64,000 nucleotides of DNA from a bacterium (GTDB lineage: Bacteria; Patescibacteriota; Minisyncoccia; JAHIHE01), in contig JAUYBG010000019.1 of the NCBI GenBank assembly GCA_030693205.1, forward strand, positions 14,496 to 78,495. Reading direction: 5' to 3'. This document shows, one piece after another, positions 46,076 through 56,544 of this stretch (the first letter of the stretch is position 1; every line of letters begins with the position of its first letter). The translations under genes were made by a program, and so were the position numbers. The notes below the pieces were generated by a model. The model did no database searches. It was not told the origin of the DNA and worked only from the letters and a program-made list of their open reading frames with translations.

Positions 46076-46921
46076 ATGAAATCACCTATTCAAGCCAAGA
46101 TAAGAGAAAAAGACCTAAAAGCATATAATCTAGCAAAAAAATTTCTGTTGCGTTTGAAAATAAGCGGAGTTACGGAATCTTTAATACAAAAATATCTTAA
46201 TGCTAGTGCGAGTAAGGCGAGATTTAAAAAAATTGAAGATATTTACGGGAATCTATTATTTTCAGCTCAAAATGCTAATATGAAAGCCGGAGTAATAGGT
46301 AGGTCAATGGAAGGGGGTATAGATAATTTAGGCAAAGTGCTTTTCAATTTTAATCCGGAGTTAGTATTAAAAAAATACCAAAATGATTGGAATTATTTAT
46401 TGGATGATATAAAAAAGAAAGTAAAGCCCAATGGTAAGATAAGACGAAGCTCAAGGAGCATTTGGCCTCAATATTGTAGAACAATATTATCTGCCGCTGA
46501 TTTTATTACTCAATTTGCTACTGCTGATGAATTTTACAAGTGGGTGGACTCTTTTGATAGCGATTATCGCAAGAGGCCGGCCTTGCCGATGATTTTGAGT
46601 TATGAAATAGAAGGTTTTGGTTTTGCTTTGGGTTGCGATTTTCTAAAGGATCTTGGTTATATAAATTTCGGCAAACCGGATGTTCATATAAGGGATATAT
46701 TTGAAGCTTTAAAATTGTGTTCTAAAAACGCAGATGATTATTTATTATTTAAAACAATTGTAAGAATTGCCCAAAATGTAGGAAAATCTCCTTATGAAGT
46801 AGACAAATTATTTTGGCTGATTGGAAGTGGATATTTTTATGACGATCCGCATATTGGAAACGAGGGCAGAACTGGCAGGCATAAAGCCCCATTTATCAGG
46901 TATGCTAAAAAATATTTGTAA
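46076..46921 (+). CDS. hypothetical protein; weak HhH-GPD-like (DNA glycosylase superfamily) signature
   Basis: EIEGFGFALGCDFLKDLGYINFGKPDVHIRDIF resembles the helix-hairpin-helix plus G/P...D(V/T)H..R motif of EndoIII/AlkA-type glycosylases; low certainty. Confidence 0.3.
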   Translation: MKSPIQAKIREKDLKAYNLAKKFLLRLKISGVTESLIQKYLNASASKARFKKIEDIYGNLLFSAQNANMKAGVIGRSMEGGIDNLGKVLFNFNPELVLKKYQNDWNYLLDDIKKKVKPNGKIRRSSRSIWPQYCRTILSAADFITQFATADEFYKWVDSFDSDYRKRPALPMILSYEIEGFGFALGCDFLKDLGYINFGKPDVHIRDIFEALKLCSKNADDYLLFKTIVRIAQNVGKSPYEVDKLFWLIGSGYFYDDPHIGNEGRTGRHKAPFIRYAKKYL

Positions 46922-47031
46922 TTAAGGGGGCGATGTTTTTGAAAGCATATTTTTTAACTAAATAGGTTCCAGCATCGCCCCATAAGACCAATATTATTTA
47001 GAAATTTTAAAATAAATAAAACAATAAATTT

Positions 47032-47661
47032 ATGCCATATTTAGCGGAATTTATAACCGTTGTAGTAGTCCATCTTTTGGCAGTGATGAGTCCCGGCCCT
47101 GATTTTGCCATGATCAGCCGGAATAGTTTGGTGTATTCAAGAAAAACCGGAACATACTCGGCAGTCGGATTGGCTTTGGGTATCTTGGTTCATGTGACGT
47201 ATTCTTTGGTTGGAATCGGTTTTATTATTTCCAAATCAATCGTTTTATTTTCGATTATAAAATTTCTCGGCGCGGGTTATTTGATATTTATCGGTTATAA
47301 ATCTTTAAAAGCAAAACCGCATAAATTAAGCGCGGATCAATTATCGGAAAAAAATAATATGGACAAATTCGCCGCGATCAAAATGGGATTTTTAACCAAT
47401 GCCTTGAATCCCAAAGCGACTTTGTTTTTCTTGAGTTTATTTACTCAGGTCATCAGCAAAGAAACGCCTTTATTGATCCAAGTATTTTACGGCCTGGAAA
47501 TGGTCACGATGACTTTTATTTGGTTTTCAATAGTGGCGTCCGTTTTATCTCATAGCTTGGTGCAAGAAAAATTTGCCTCAGTGCATCATAGGATCGAAAA
47601 ATTTTTCGGCGTGATATTGATCGCATTGGGGATCAAAGTCGCCCTATCGAATTCACGATAA
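47032..47661 (+). CDS. LysE/RhtB-family amino-acid exporter
   Basis: Six TM helices with the N-terminal LysE signature (VVVHLLAVMSPGPDFAMI). Confidence 0.7.
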   Translation: MPYLAEFITVVVVHLLAVMSPGPDFAMISRNSLVYSRKTGTYSAVGLALGILVHVTYSLVGIGFIISKSIVLFSIIKFLGAGYLIFIGYKSLKAKPHKLSADQLSEKNNMDKFAAIKMGFLTNALNPKATLFFLSLFTQVISKETPLLIQVFYGLEMVTMTFIWFSIVASVLSHSLVQEKFASVHHRIEKFFGVILIALGIKVALSNSR

Positions 47662-47668
47662 ATACTAT

Positions 47669-49441
47669 ATGGAAAATCCGTTAATCTATCTTCTCCGCAA
47701 AATGTGGCAATATTCCGGCAATAATCGCCGAACTGTAATTTTGTATATTTTGTTTTCTGCTTTTGCCACTCTCCTCGGTTCTCTTGATGCGGTGATCATC
47801 GGCATATTCTTAAATACAATACAGACTGAGGGAGTGCGCAAAGAGAGTTTGCCCCATTTGCTTTTTTTATTGGGACTTTTGCCGGTTCTTGAAATCGTAT
47901 TTTGGGCATTTCATGGAACATCCCGCGTAAAAGAGAATCGGAATGCTTTTTTTGTCAGGACTAATTATAAGAATTATCTTCTGCAGGGTACGATGGCGCT
48001 CCCGATGGAATGGCATACGGATCATCATTCCGGCGATACGATAGACAAGATAGAGAAAGGAACGGGAGCTCTTTTTAATTTTTCCGAAAGAACTTATGAG
48101 ATGATACAGACGTTCATTCTTTTGACAATAGCTTTTATTGTCATGTTCTTTTTCGATCCGTTCGCGGGCGGCGCGGCTTTGGTGTTCAGTTTGTTTACTT
48201 TTTATGTCATCGGTTTGTTCGATAAAAAGCTTATACCCGGCTATATACAGGTAAACCGGATAGAGAATACCATTTCCGCTAAAATTTTTGACGCTTTAAG
48301 CAATGTGACTTCGGTGATCATTCTCCGGGTTGAGCCTCTTATTTTGAAATCTATCGATGGTTTTATTAAAAAGCCGTATGAGCGATATAATAAAAATATC
48401 AAATTAAATGAATGGAAATGGTTTTTTGCTTCCATTTTGGGAAGGCTTACAGTTGTTCTTGTTATCGGCATATATCTTTATACTCATATAGCTGCAGGCA
48501 CGATCCTAGCCGGAACAGTTTATATTCTTTATAGTTATACAAATCAGATACGGGAAACTTTTTTTAGATTCGCTTTTCTTTACAATGATATTGTCCGCTA
48601 TCGCGCCTCGGTGACCAACACCGAAGAATTATCCAATGATTTTCGGGGTGCGGCTTTATTGGAGGAAAAACATTTGCCTAAAACTTGGTCGGGATTGGCG
48701 ATAAAAAATCTGTCTTTTTCTTATCATGCCCGGGATGGGGCGGATCTGCACTTGGATGATATAAATCTGAAGATTAAGAAAGGCGAACGTGTTGCATTGA
48801 TCGGGGAAAGCGGGGGAGGCAAGAGCACTTTTCTCAGACTTATGCGGGATCTATATCATCCTAAAACGCTTACGCTTGTCATAGACGGAAAAGAAGCTCC
48901 AGGAGGGTTCAGTGAGATCAGTGATTCGATCTCTCTTATTCCCCAGGATCCGGAAATATTTGCGACGACTATACGGGAAAATATTACGCTTGGGGTTGAA
49001 TATACCGATCAGCACATACAGGCATTTACCGACATGGCGCGTTTTACGGAGGTTTTTGAGAAACTGCCGAAAGGCCTCGAGTCTTCGATCGTGGAAAAAG
49101 GCGTGAATCTGAGCGGCGGAGAGAAACAGCGCCTGGCGCTGGCGCGCGGTCTTCTGGCCTCGGTCGATAAAGAAATAGTGCTACTGGATGAGCCGACAAG
49201 CAGTGTAGATTTTCAAAATGAACTTGCAGTTTATCAGAATATTTTTTCCGCTTTTTCGAGAAAAACGATCATTTCTTCCATTCACCGGCTTCATTTGCTT
49301 TCTTTGTTCGATACTGTTTATTTCTTTGAAGGCGGCAAGATCATAGCGCATGGATCTTTTGGCGAACTTAAGAAAAAATCTTCCGAATTCCAGAAGTTAT
49401 GGAAAAAATATATCCGAACAAGAGATGCTTCGGGGTCATAA
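47669..49441 (+). CDS. ABC transporter, fused permease/ATP-binding exporter (MsbA-like)
   Basis: Six-TM N-terminal domain; Walker A (GESGGGKST), ABC signature (LSGGEKQRLALARG), Walker B (LLDEPTSSVD). Confidence 0.8.
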   Translation: MENPLIYLLRKMWQYSGNNRRTVILYILFSAFATLLGSLDAVIIGIFLNTIQTEGVRKESLPHLLFLLGLLPVLEIVFWAFHGTSRVKENRNAFFVRTNYKNYLLQGTMALPMEWHTDHHSGDTIDKIEKGTGALFNFSERTYEMIQTFILLTIAFIVMFFFDPFAGGAALVFSLFTFYVIGLFDKKLIPGYIQVNRIENTISAKIFDALSNVTSVIILRVEPLILKSIDGFIKKPYERYNKNIKLNEWKWFFASILGRLTVVLVIGIYLYTHIAAGTILAGTVYILYSYTNQIRETFFRFAFLYNDIVRYRASVTNTEELSNDFRGAALLEEKHLPKTWSGLAIKNLSFSYHARDGADLHLDDINLKIKKGERVALIGESGGGKSTFLRLMRDLYHPKTLTLVIDGKEAPGGFSEISDSISLIPQDPEIFATTIRENITLGVEYTDQHIQAFTDMARFTEVFEKLPKGLESSIVEKGVNLSGGEKQRLALARGLLASVDKEIVLLDEPTSSVDFQNELAVYQNIFSAFSRKTIISSIHRLHLLSLFDTVYFFEGGKIIAHGSFGELKKKSSEFQKLWKKYIRTRDASGS

Positions 49442-49461
49442 TTTTTTAATATTCCGATAGT

Positions 49462-50034
49462 ATGAATAAAAAACGGGTTTTTATCATCCATGGATGGGAA
49501 GCGGTGCCGGAATCAAATTGGTTTCCTTGGCTCAAGGAAGAACTGGAAAAGCAAAATATTGACGTGGCGGTTCCAATGATGCCGAATACTTATCATCCGA
49601 TTTTTTCTGAGTGGCTGGCGCATCTCAAGAAAAACATCGGCACGCCGGATAAGAATACTTATTTAGTCGGCCATAGTCTTGGTGTTATTACTATCCTTAG
49701 ATTTCTTGAATTACTTCCTTTAGGACAAAAAATTGGAGGAGTTGTGCTTGTCGCAGGATTTCCGGAGCCGATAGGATATGATGAGATAAAAAGTTTTTTT
49801 GTTACGCCTCTTGATTATGAAAAGATCAAGAATTCCGCGGAAAAATTTATTGCCATTAATTCCGACGATGATCCTTATGTACCTTTGCGGAACGGCGAAA
49901 TTTTAAGAGATAAATTAGGCGCGGAGCTTATCATAGTGCCAAATGGCAATCACCTCAATGAAGGCGCGGGGTTTACAGAGTTGCCTGTAGTTTTAGAAAG
50001 TTTATTAAAAATTTATGCCAAAGGAAAGATTTAA
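49462..50034 (+). CDS. alpha/beta serine hydrolase (RBBP9/YdeN-like)
   Basis: VFIIHGW start, nucleophile elbow GHSLG, and NSDDDPYVP with a His in the C-terminal region. Confidence 0.6.
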   Translation: MNKKRVFIIHGWEAVPESNWFPWLKEELEKQNIDVAVPMMPNTYHPIFSEWLAHLKKNIGTPDKNTYLVGHSLGVITILRFLELLPLGQKIGGVVLVAGFPEPIGYDEIKSFFVTPLDYEKIKNSAEKFIAINSDDDPYVPLRNGEILRDKLGAELIIVPNGNHLNEGAGFTELPVVLESLLKIYAKGKI

Positions 50035-50452
50035 ATTAATACCAACTTCCCATTTGATTTTAATTAAAGACGGAAAGATCTTGCTTTCGCGGCGGTTTAA
50101 TACCGGATACGAAGACGGGAATTATAGCGTGGTGGCCGGACATTTGGACGGGAATGAAACTTTTATCGAAGCAATGGTGCGGGAAGCAAAAGAAGAAGCG
50201 GGGATTGATATAGAAGCTAAAGATTTGGAAGTGATGCACGTAATGCATCGAAAATCGCCGCCGGAAGAGCGAATTGATTTTTTTATTAAAGCGAATAAAT
50301 GGCAGGGCGAGCCGAAAATTATGGAGCCGGACAAATGTGATGATTTGAAATGGTTTCCGGTCAACGATCTTCCGGCCAATACGATTCCGTATATTAGGCA
50401 GGCAGTTGATAGGGTTAATAAGAAAATTTTTTATAGCGAATTCGGGTGGTAA
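50015..50452 (+). CDS. NUDIX hydrolase
   Basis: Nudix box GHLDGNETFIEAMVREAKEEAGI (GX5EX7REUXEEXGU). Confidence 0.75.
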   Translation: MPKERFKLIPTSHLILIKDGKILLSRRFNTGYEDGNYSVVAGHLDGNETFIEAMVREAKEEAGIDIEAKDLEVMHVMHRKSPPEERIDFFIKANKWQGEPKIMEPDKCDDLKWFPVNDLPANTIPYIRQAVDRVNKKIFYSEFGW

Positions 50453-50491
50453 AAATTATCAAAGGATTAAAATTAAAATAGTTGAATCATT

Positions 50492-53065
50492 ATGAATAGA
50501 ATTGGAAAAGATATAGAGTTGACGCAGATAGCGGACTATGCAAAATATTCGAATGAAGATCTGCTGAATGAATTTAAAACTTCTTTAAAAGGTCTTACGG
50601 ACAAAGAGGCGAAAAATCGTCTCCGTATTTTTGGTTTGAATGTGCCGGCTGAGAAAAAAAAGATTTCAGCCGTTGTATTATTATTCTCCAAGGTTCGCAA
50701 TCCTTTGATTCTTATTCTCGCGGTTATAGCGCTTTTCTCGCTTTTTTTTGGTGAAATAATAAATACAATTTTTGTTTCCCTGATGATATTGGTTAGCGTT
50801 GCGCTGGAATTTTCTTTGGAGTATCGGTCGGGCAAAGCGGTGGAAAAATTAAGCGATCTGGTTCGCACCAAAGTGGCTGTATTTCGGGATGGCGCGCAAA
50901 AAGAAATAGACCTTTTTGATATTGTGCCGGGTGATGTCGTCGATCTTTATGCCGGAGATATGGTTCCGGCGGATCTAAGAATTGTTCAGGCAAATGATCT
51001 TTTTATCAATCAGGCGTCTTTTACAGGAGAATCTTTTCCGGTTGAAAAAACAGCCGAATTCGATAAATCCAAAAAAGAGGCGATAGAAAAATTGGAAAAT
51101 ATCGCTTTTATGGGTTCAAGCGTGATTAGCGGAACCGGGCTTGGCGTGGCGGTTAAGACCGGAAAATACACTCAATTCGGGGAAATTTCCAGTTCTTTGA
51201 TCCGGATCGGGGAAGAAACCAGTTTTGACAAAGGCATCAAGCAGTTTACGATGCTGATGATCCACCTGATGCTCGTTCTCGTGGTTTTTATTTTTTTTGT
51301 GATACTTTTTTTAAAGCAAGGGGTTTTCAAAGAGGCTTTGCTTTTTTCTCTGGCGGTTGCGGTTGGAATCACCCCGGAAATGCTGCCGATGCTGGTTAGC
51401 ATAAATTTGTCGCGCGGGGCGGCTGATATGGCTAAGAAAAAAGTTATAGTCAAGCGCCTGAACTCAATACAGAATTTCGGCGCGATGGATGTGCTCTGCA
51501 CCGATAAAACCGGCACACTTACTCTCGATAAGATCGTGATGGTGAATCATTATGACGTGGAAGGGGATGAAGATAGAGAAGTTATGGAGTACGCGTATCT
51601 CAATAGTTCTTTTCAAACCGGATTAAAAAATCTTTTGGACAATGCGATTCTTAAGCACGAAAAGATCAGAATGACGGGATATCAAAAAGTGGATGAAATG
51701 CCTTTTGATTTTTCCCGGAGAATAATGTCGGTGGTGGTGGAAAAAGACGGCCAGCATATTTTGGTCGCCAAGGGCGCTCCCGAAGATATTTTTAATCACT
51801 CAAGCCATTATTATCTCAACGGCAAGATCCATAAAATTCATGACAAAATATTTTCCAAAGTGCAGGAAGAATATGATAAATTGAGCGGCCAGGGATTTCG
51901 CGTGCTGGCGGTGGCTTATAAAAATATTGAAAAACCCAAAGCGGTTTATTCCAAAAATGATGAAAATAATCTCGTGCTCCGCGGGTATCTGGCTTTTTTT
52001 GACCCTGCTAAGCCTACGGTCAAAGAATCTCTCCGTGCGCTCGAAGATCTTGGTATTGAGATCAAGGTTCTTACGGGAGATAATGAAATTATTACCAAGA
52101 AAATATGCCGAGACGTCTCACTTTCCGTAAAAGGCGTTGTTACCGGTTTTCAGATGGATAATATTCTGGATGCCGAACTTGAGCGCTTAGTGGAAAAAAC
52201 CACTATTTTCGCGCGCTTGAATCCGATTCAAAAAGAGCGAGTAATTAAGGCGCTTCACAGAAATAATCATACGGTGGGCTATTTGGGGGACGGCATTAAC
52301 GATGCGCCTTCGCTTAAAGCCGCGGATATCGGAATTTCCGTGAATAACGCGGTTGACATTGCCAGAGAATCCGCCGATATTATCTTGCTTCAAAAAAGCT
52401 TAATGGTGCTGAAAGATGGCGTTCTTGACGGCCGGAAAGTTTTCGGCAATATTATCAAGTATATTAAAATGGGCGCGAGTTCCAATTTTGGCAATATGAT
52501 TAGTTTGACCGGAGCGACTTTATTTTTGCCATTTTTGCCGATGACACCTTTGCAAATTCTTTTTAATAATTTCCTTTATGATATGGGCCAGCTTGCTTTG
52601 CCAAATGACGAAGTGGATAAGGAATATCTGGCCAAGCCCCGGCCGTGGAATATTAATTTTATAAAAAAGTTTATATTTTTTATCGGCCCCTTAAGTTCAA
52701 TTTTTGATTTTTTGACTTTTGGAATAATGCTGTATGTTTTCAATGTAGCCCAAAACGGCAATCAAGAACTTTTTCATACAGGCTGGTTTATTGAATCTCT
52801 ATTCACTCAGGTACTAGTGATCTATGTAATTAGAACCAACAAGATTCCGTTTATCCAAAGCACTCCGAATAAATTTCTTATTTTCAACACTCTTTTGATT
52901 CTTGCAATAGCGCTGGGAGTGATTTTTTCTTCCCTAGCGGGACTATTCGGCTTTGTCGCGCTACCGCCGCTTTATTTTATTATTCTTTTTATCATGCTGG
53001 TCACATATCTTTCGCTGGTTCAAATAGTTAAAACTTGGGTGGTGAGAAAATACGGGTATCAATAA
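50492..53065 (+). CDS. mgtA: magnesium-translocating P-type ATPase
   Basis: P-type motifs CTDKTGTLT (phosphorylation site) and DGINDAPSLK; TGES loop (SFTGESFP); ten TM helices; 857 aa with an MgtA-like N-terminus. Confidence 0.8.
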   Translation: MNRIGKDIELTQIADYAKYSNEDLLNEFKTSLKGLTDKEAKNRLRIFGLNVPAEKKKISAVVLLFSKVRNPLILILAVIALFSLFFGEIINTIFVSLMILVSVALEFSLEYRSGKAVEKLSDLVRTKVAVFRDGAQKEIDLFDIVPGDVVDLYAGDMVPADLRIVQANDLFINQASFTGESFPVEKTAEFDKSKKEAIEKLENIAFMGSSVISGTGLGVAVKTGKYTQFGEISSSLIRIGEETSFDKGIKQFTMLMIHLMLVLVVFIFFVILFLKQGVFKEALLFSLAVAVGITPEMLPMLVSINLSRGAADMAKKKVIVKRLNSIQNFGAMDVLCTDKTGTLTLDKIVMVNHYDVEGDEDREVMEYAYLNSSFQTGLKNLLDNAILKHEKIRMTGYQKVDEMPFDFSRRIMSVVVEKDGQHILVAKGAPEDIFNHSSHYYLNGKIHKIHDKIFSKVQEEYDKLSGQGFRVLAVAYKNIEKPKAVYSKNDENNLVLRGYLAFFDPAKPTVKESLRALEDLGIEIKVLTGDNEIITKKICRDVSLSVKGVVTGFQMDNILDAELERLVEKTTIFARLNPIQKERVIKALHRNNHTVGYLGDGINDAPSLKAADIGISVNNAVDIARESADIILLQKSLMVLKDGVLDGRKVFGNIIKYIKMGASSNFGNMISLTGATLFLPFLPMTPLQILFNNFLYDMGQLALPNDEVDKEYLAKPRPWNINFIKKFIFFIGPLSSIFDFLTFGIMLYVFNVAQNGNQELFHTGWFIESLFTQVLVIYVIRTNKIPFIQSTPNKFLIFNTLLILAIALGVIFSSLAGLFGFVALPPLYFIILFIMLVTYLSLVQIVKTWVVRKYGYQ

Positions 53066-53082
53066 AATATTAATTTAAATTT

Positions 53083-53916
53083 ATGCCGGAATTACCGGAG
53101 GTTGAAACAATTAAAAATGATTTGGAGGCAATAATTATAGGCAAAAAAATAAGTGATGCCAAAATTTTATGGCGAGGCGCTCTCAATACTCCGGCTAAAA
53201 AATTTATCGCTTTGATAAAAAATGCCAAGATATTGGATATTTCGCGCCGCGCCAAGATCTTGATTTTAACTTTGTCCAATAATCATTCGCTTTTAATCCA
53301 CCTGAAAATGACGGGGCAGCTGATTTATGATTTACACAAAAAAATACGGGATTCAAAATATAAATACGCGCGCATTATTTTCTTTTTCAAAGACGGAAGC
53401 GCGCTGGTTTTTAATGATCTTAGAAAATTCGGTTATGTCAAAATTGTTCCGCAAAACAAGGTTAAAGATTTTATAAACGACAAAAAATTCGGTCCGGAAC
53501 CGCTTGAAAAAGATTTTACTTTGGAAAAATTCAAGGAAATTTTGAAAAAATACCCAAAGCGGCGAATCAAGCAATTTCTAACTGATCCGTCGGCGATTGC
53601 CGGCATTGGCAATATTTACGCGGATGAAATTTGTTTCTACGCGAAAGTTGCGCCAACCAATCAAGTCGGCAATTTGACAAGCAAGCAAATTAAATTTATT
53701 TTCATAGGAATTAAGAAAATTTTAAACCGGGCCATTGAATTAAGAGGATCTTCGGTGGAAAATTACGTGGATGCCAGCGGGCGAAAAGGGGATTATGTCA
53801 AAGAATTAAAAGTTTATGGTCGGGAAGGTAAAAAATGCTTTCGCTGCAAAGGTATAATCAAACGAATAAAACTTGGCGGCCGAAGCTCGCATTTTTGCCC
53901 GGAATGCCAGAAATAA
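53083..53916 (+). CDS. mutM: formamidopyrimidine-DNA glycosylase
   Basis: N-terminal MPELPEVE catalytic motif, H2TH domain, C-terminal zinc finger CxxC...CxxC. Confidence 0.9.
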   Translation: MPELPEVETIKNDLEAIIIGKKISDAKILWRGALNTPAKKFIALIKNAKILDISRRAKILILTLSNNHSLLIHLKMTGQLIYDLHKKIRDSKYKYARIIFFFKDGSALVFNDLRKFGYVKIVPQNKVKDFINDKKFGPEPLEKDFTLEKFKEILKKYPKRRIKQFLTDPSAIAGIGNIYADEICFYAKVAPTNQVGNLTSKQIKFIFIGIKKILNRAIELRGSSVENYVDASGRKGDYVKELKVYGREGKKCFRCKGIIKRIKLGGRSSHFCPECQK

Positions 53917-53928
53917 ATATTTTTATCT

Positions 53929-55119
53929 ATGAAAAAAATTATTATAATTCATTATGCCGAGATTGCTCTGAAAGGCGAAAATCGCCGTAATTTCGAAAAA
54001 AAACTGGTTGAAAACATAAAGCACGCGCTGAAAGATTTGAAATATGAAAAGATCGAAAGGCTTTCCGGCAGAATCTTGATTACTCTTGATACTAGCGTCG
54101 AGATTGATAATTTTAAGCTTGCCTTAAGTCATGTTTTTGGCATTTCGCATTTTTCAATCGGCTGGGAGATAAACGCGGATTTGGATGAAATCAATAAAAT
54201 TTTGGCAGAAATGCTGAAAAAAGAAATAGCCGGCAGATTGGCGGAAAAAAAAGAAATTAAAACTTTTCGCATTACCGCTCGCCGCGCCGAAAAGAATTTT
54301 CCTTTAACCTCCAATCAAATTAATTATAAAGTAGGAGAGTATATATTTGAAAAATCAGGCTTGGGTTTAAAGGTTAATTTGAAAAATCCGGATATTAATT
54401 GTTTTATCGAGATTGTTGAGGGAAAGGCATTGTTTTATTTTGATAAGATTAAAGCTTTGGGAGGTTTGCCGGTTGGAATAAGCGGTAAAGTTTTATCGCT
54501 TATTTCGAGCGGTTTTGATTCGCCGGTAGCCGCTTGGCATTTGATGAAAAGGGGAGCGCGAGTTCATTTTATTCATTTTCACAGTTATCCGCGCACCAGC
54601 AAGGCTTCGATCAATAATGTCAAAAATTTGATAAAAGCACTGGATCAGTATCAATTCGGTTCGGTTTTATATTTAGCGCCGCTTCTGGATATTCAGCGGG
54701 AAATTTTTTCCCAATGTGAAGAAAGATTAAGAATTATTTTATATCGCCGGTTTATGTTTCGAATTGCCGAAGCGCTGGCGAAAAAAATCGGCGCTGGCGC
54801 GCTCGTGACAGGGGAGAGTCTTGGCCAAGTTGCGTCCCAAACCCTCGAAAATATCGGCGTGGTGAATAATGCTATTTCGATTCCGGTTTTTCGGCCATTT
54901 ATCGGCACTGACAAGATCGAGATAATAGATGAAGCCAAAAAAATTAACACTTATGAATTTTCCAGCCAGCCATATGAAGATTGCTGTTCGCTTTTTACTC
55001 CGCGCCATCCGGCGACCAAAGCGCGACTTGAACAGATTAGATTCGAAGAATCGAAACTGGATTCGGAAAAATTAATTAAAGAGGCGACAGGGAAAATCGA
55101 AAGTGTAGAAATAAAATAA
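53929..55119 (+). CDS. thiI: tRNA 4-thiouridine synthase ThiI (THUMP plus PP-loop ATP pyrophosphatase)
   Basis: THUMP domain N-terminus; PP-loop SGGFDSPVAAW; 396 aa with no rhodanese domain. Confidence 0.85.
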   Translation: MKKIIIIHYAEIALKGENRRNFEKKLVENIKHALKDLKYEKIERLSGRILITLDTSVEIDNFKLALSHVFGISHFSIGWEINADLDEINKILAEMLKKEIAGRLAEKKEIKTFRITARRAEKNFPLTSNQINYKVGEYIFEKSGLGLKVNLKNPDINCFIEIVEGKALFYFDKIKALGGLPVGISGKVLSLISSGFDSPVAAWHLMKRGARVHFIHFHSYPRTSKASINNVKNLIKALDQYQFGSVLYLAPLLDIQREIFSQCEERLRIILYRRFMFRIAEALAKKIGAGALVTGESLGQVASQTLENIGVVNNAISIPVFRPFIGTDKIEIIDEAKKINTYEFSSQPYEDCCSLFTPRHPATKARLEQIRFEESKLDSEKLIKEATGKIESVEIK

Positions 55120-55169
55120 AATTTTTCCGAATTAAAACCCGCTGGAGAAGTGGAGCTAAAGAGCTTTTT

Positions 55170-55203
55170 ATCACGTCGCATAATGTAGGTTATGCGACGT
55201 GAT
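55170..55203. other. perfect 14-bp-stem hairpin (ATCACGTCGCATAA-tgtagg-TTATGCGACGTGAT) between thiI and the HD gene
   Basis: 14/14 Watson-Crick pairs with a 6-nt loop and no adjacent T-run; function unknown. Confidence 0.5.
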
Positions 55204-55271
55204 AGTACTTGAAAGTGTTATTTACTACTATTAATACTACACGATGATCAATTCCCCGTCTTTGTATTAAA

Positions 55272-55305
55272 AAACGCTTATAACTCAATTTTAAGCGTTT
55301 TTTTT
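55272..55305. terminator. bidirectional rho-independent terminator between convergent thiI (+) and the HD gene (-)
   Basis: AAACGCTTA-taactcaatt-TAAGCGTTT stem-loop with T-runs on both strands. Confidence 0.6.
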
Positions 55306-55329
55306 CTTGTTATTCCTTCTGTTTCTGCA

Positions 55330-56526
55330 CTATTCCCCCAGTAAGTATCGTTTGATCTGATTCTTTGCTTTTTTAACCTTTTCTATTTGATCTTTGGGGC
55401 AATAAATCCCAATAAACCAATGATTCCACTCTGCCAGACCCAGCGCTTTGACAAACGGCGAGATCTTTTCCAGTTCTTGGCCGGTAGGATTTACAAAAAT
55501 CTCGCTTTCGCTGAATTTCGGTATTTTTAGAATATTAATTAAAATTTCATGATTTTTTATTTTTAGGTCTCGGGCGATATTTTTTTCAATTTCAAGCGTA
55601 TCTTTGATCTTCTTGATATTATCAAGGCCATCGGCCAAATCTTCTTTTCGAAAAATGATCGCTTCGCCGTATAATTTTCGATTACTAATCCGGTTTATCA
55701 GATCTTTTGCCGCTGTTTTAGATCGCCTTAAAACGCTTATAAAGTCAATATCGTCAAATTCGGTCAATTGATCCGGGTCAATTTCCCCCGCCGCCAATGC
55801 TTCGTAAAAAGCCGCTTGCAGCATGCTATTTGCTATCAGGGTTTTTCGATGCATGTATACCATCGAATACATTAAATATCGCGAGATCAAAATCGATTCG
55901 AAAGCCGGCAAGAATTTTTCATCAATGAAATATTTTCTTCCATCCACCGTCAAGTTTTTAATGATCACATCGGTTTCAATGACGCCATAAGCGACTCCCG
56001 TATAATATGAATCGCGTTTTAAATAATCCAGGCGGTCAGCATCTATTTGTCCGGCGATCAATCCGCCGAATTTTCCTTTGCCTTTGATGAGGTCGCAAAT
56101 AATACCTGGATCCATTTCCGCTTTTTTTAGGATCTTTCCGATCTCGGTGGTGTGAATTATTTTTATCGCCTGTTCTTCATGAGTCGCGCCATTAGCTGAT
56201 CCGATCGCCTTCTCGATAGAATGAGAAAAAGGATAATGACCGATATCGTGGAGCAAAGCGGCGGCCAAAAATTCATTCCGGCGGGAATCATTTTTGCCGA
56301 AAGCGAGTTTATCTTCAGCGACGATCTTCTCCGCGATCCTCTGGGCTAAATAAAAAGTTCCAATAGAATGTTCAAAACGAGTATGATTGGCGGACGGATA
56401 GATCAAGTAGCTTTGTCCCAGCTGTTTAATGTTGCGCAATCTTTGGAATTGTTTTGTTTCGATCAAGCTTTTAAATGGTTCTTCCAGGCTGATAAATCCA
56501 TACAAAGGATCTTTGAGAATTATCAT
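55330..56526 (-). CDS. HD-domain phosphohydrolase (dNTP triphosphohydrolase-like)
   Basis: HTRFEHSIGT ... LLHDIGHYPFSH gives the H..HD..D metal-binding motifs; 398 aa. Confidence 0.6.
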   Translation of the reverse strand: MIILKDPLYGFISLEEPFKSLIETKQFQRLRNIKQLGQSYLIYPSANHTRFEHSIGTFYLAQRIAEKIVAEDKLAFGKNDSRRNEFLAAALLHDIGHYPFSHSIEKAIGSANGATHEEQAIKIIHTTEIGKILKKAEMDPGIICDLIKGKGKFGGLIAGQIDADRLDYLKRDSYYTGVAYGVIETDVIIKNLTVDGRKYFIDEKFLPAFESILISRYLMYSMVYMHRKTLIANSMLQAAFYEALAAGEIDPDQLTEFDDIDFISVLRRSKTAAKDLINRISNRKLYGEAIIFRKEDLADGLDNIKKIKDTLEIEKNIARDLKIKNHEILINILKIPKFSESEIFVNPTGQELEKISPFVKALGLAEWNHWFIGIYCPKDQIEKVKKAKNQIKRYLLGE

Positions 56527-56544
56527 ATATTATTTAGTGTTAAA

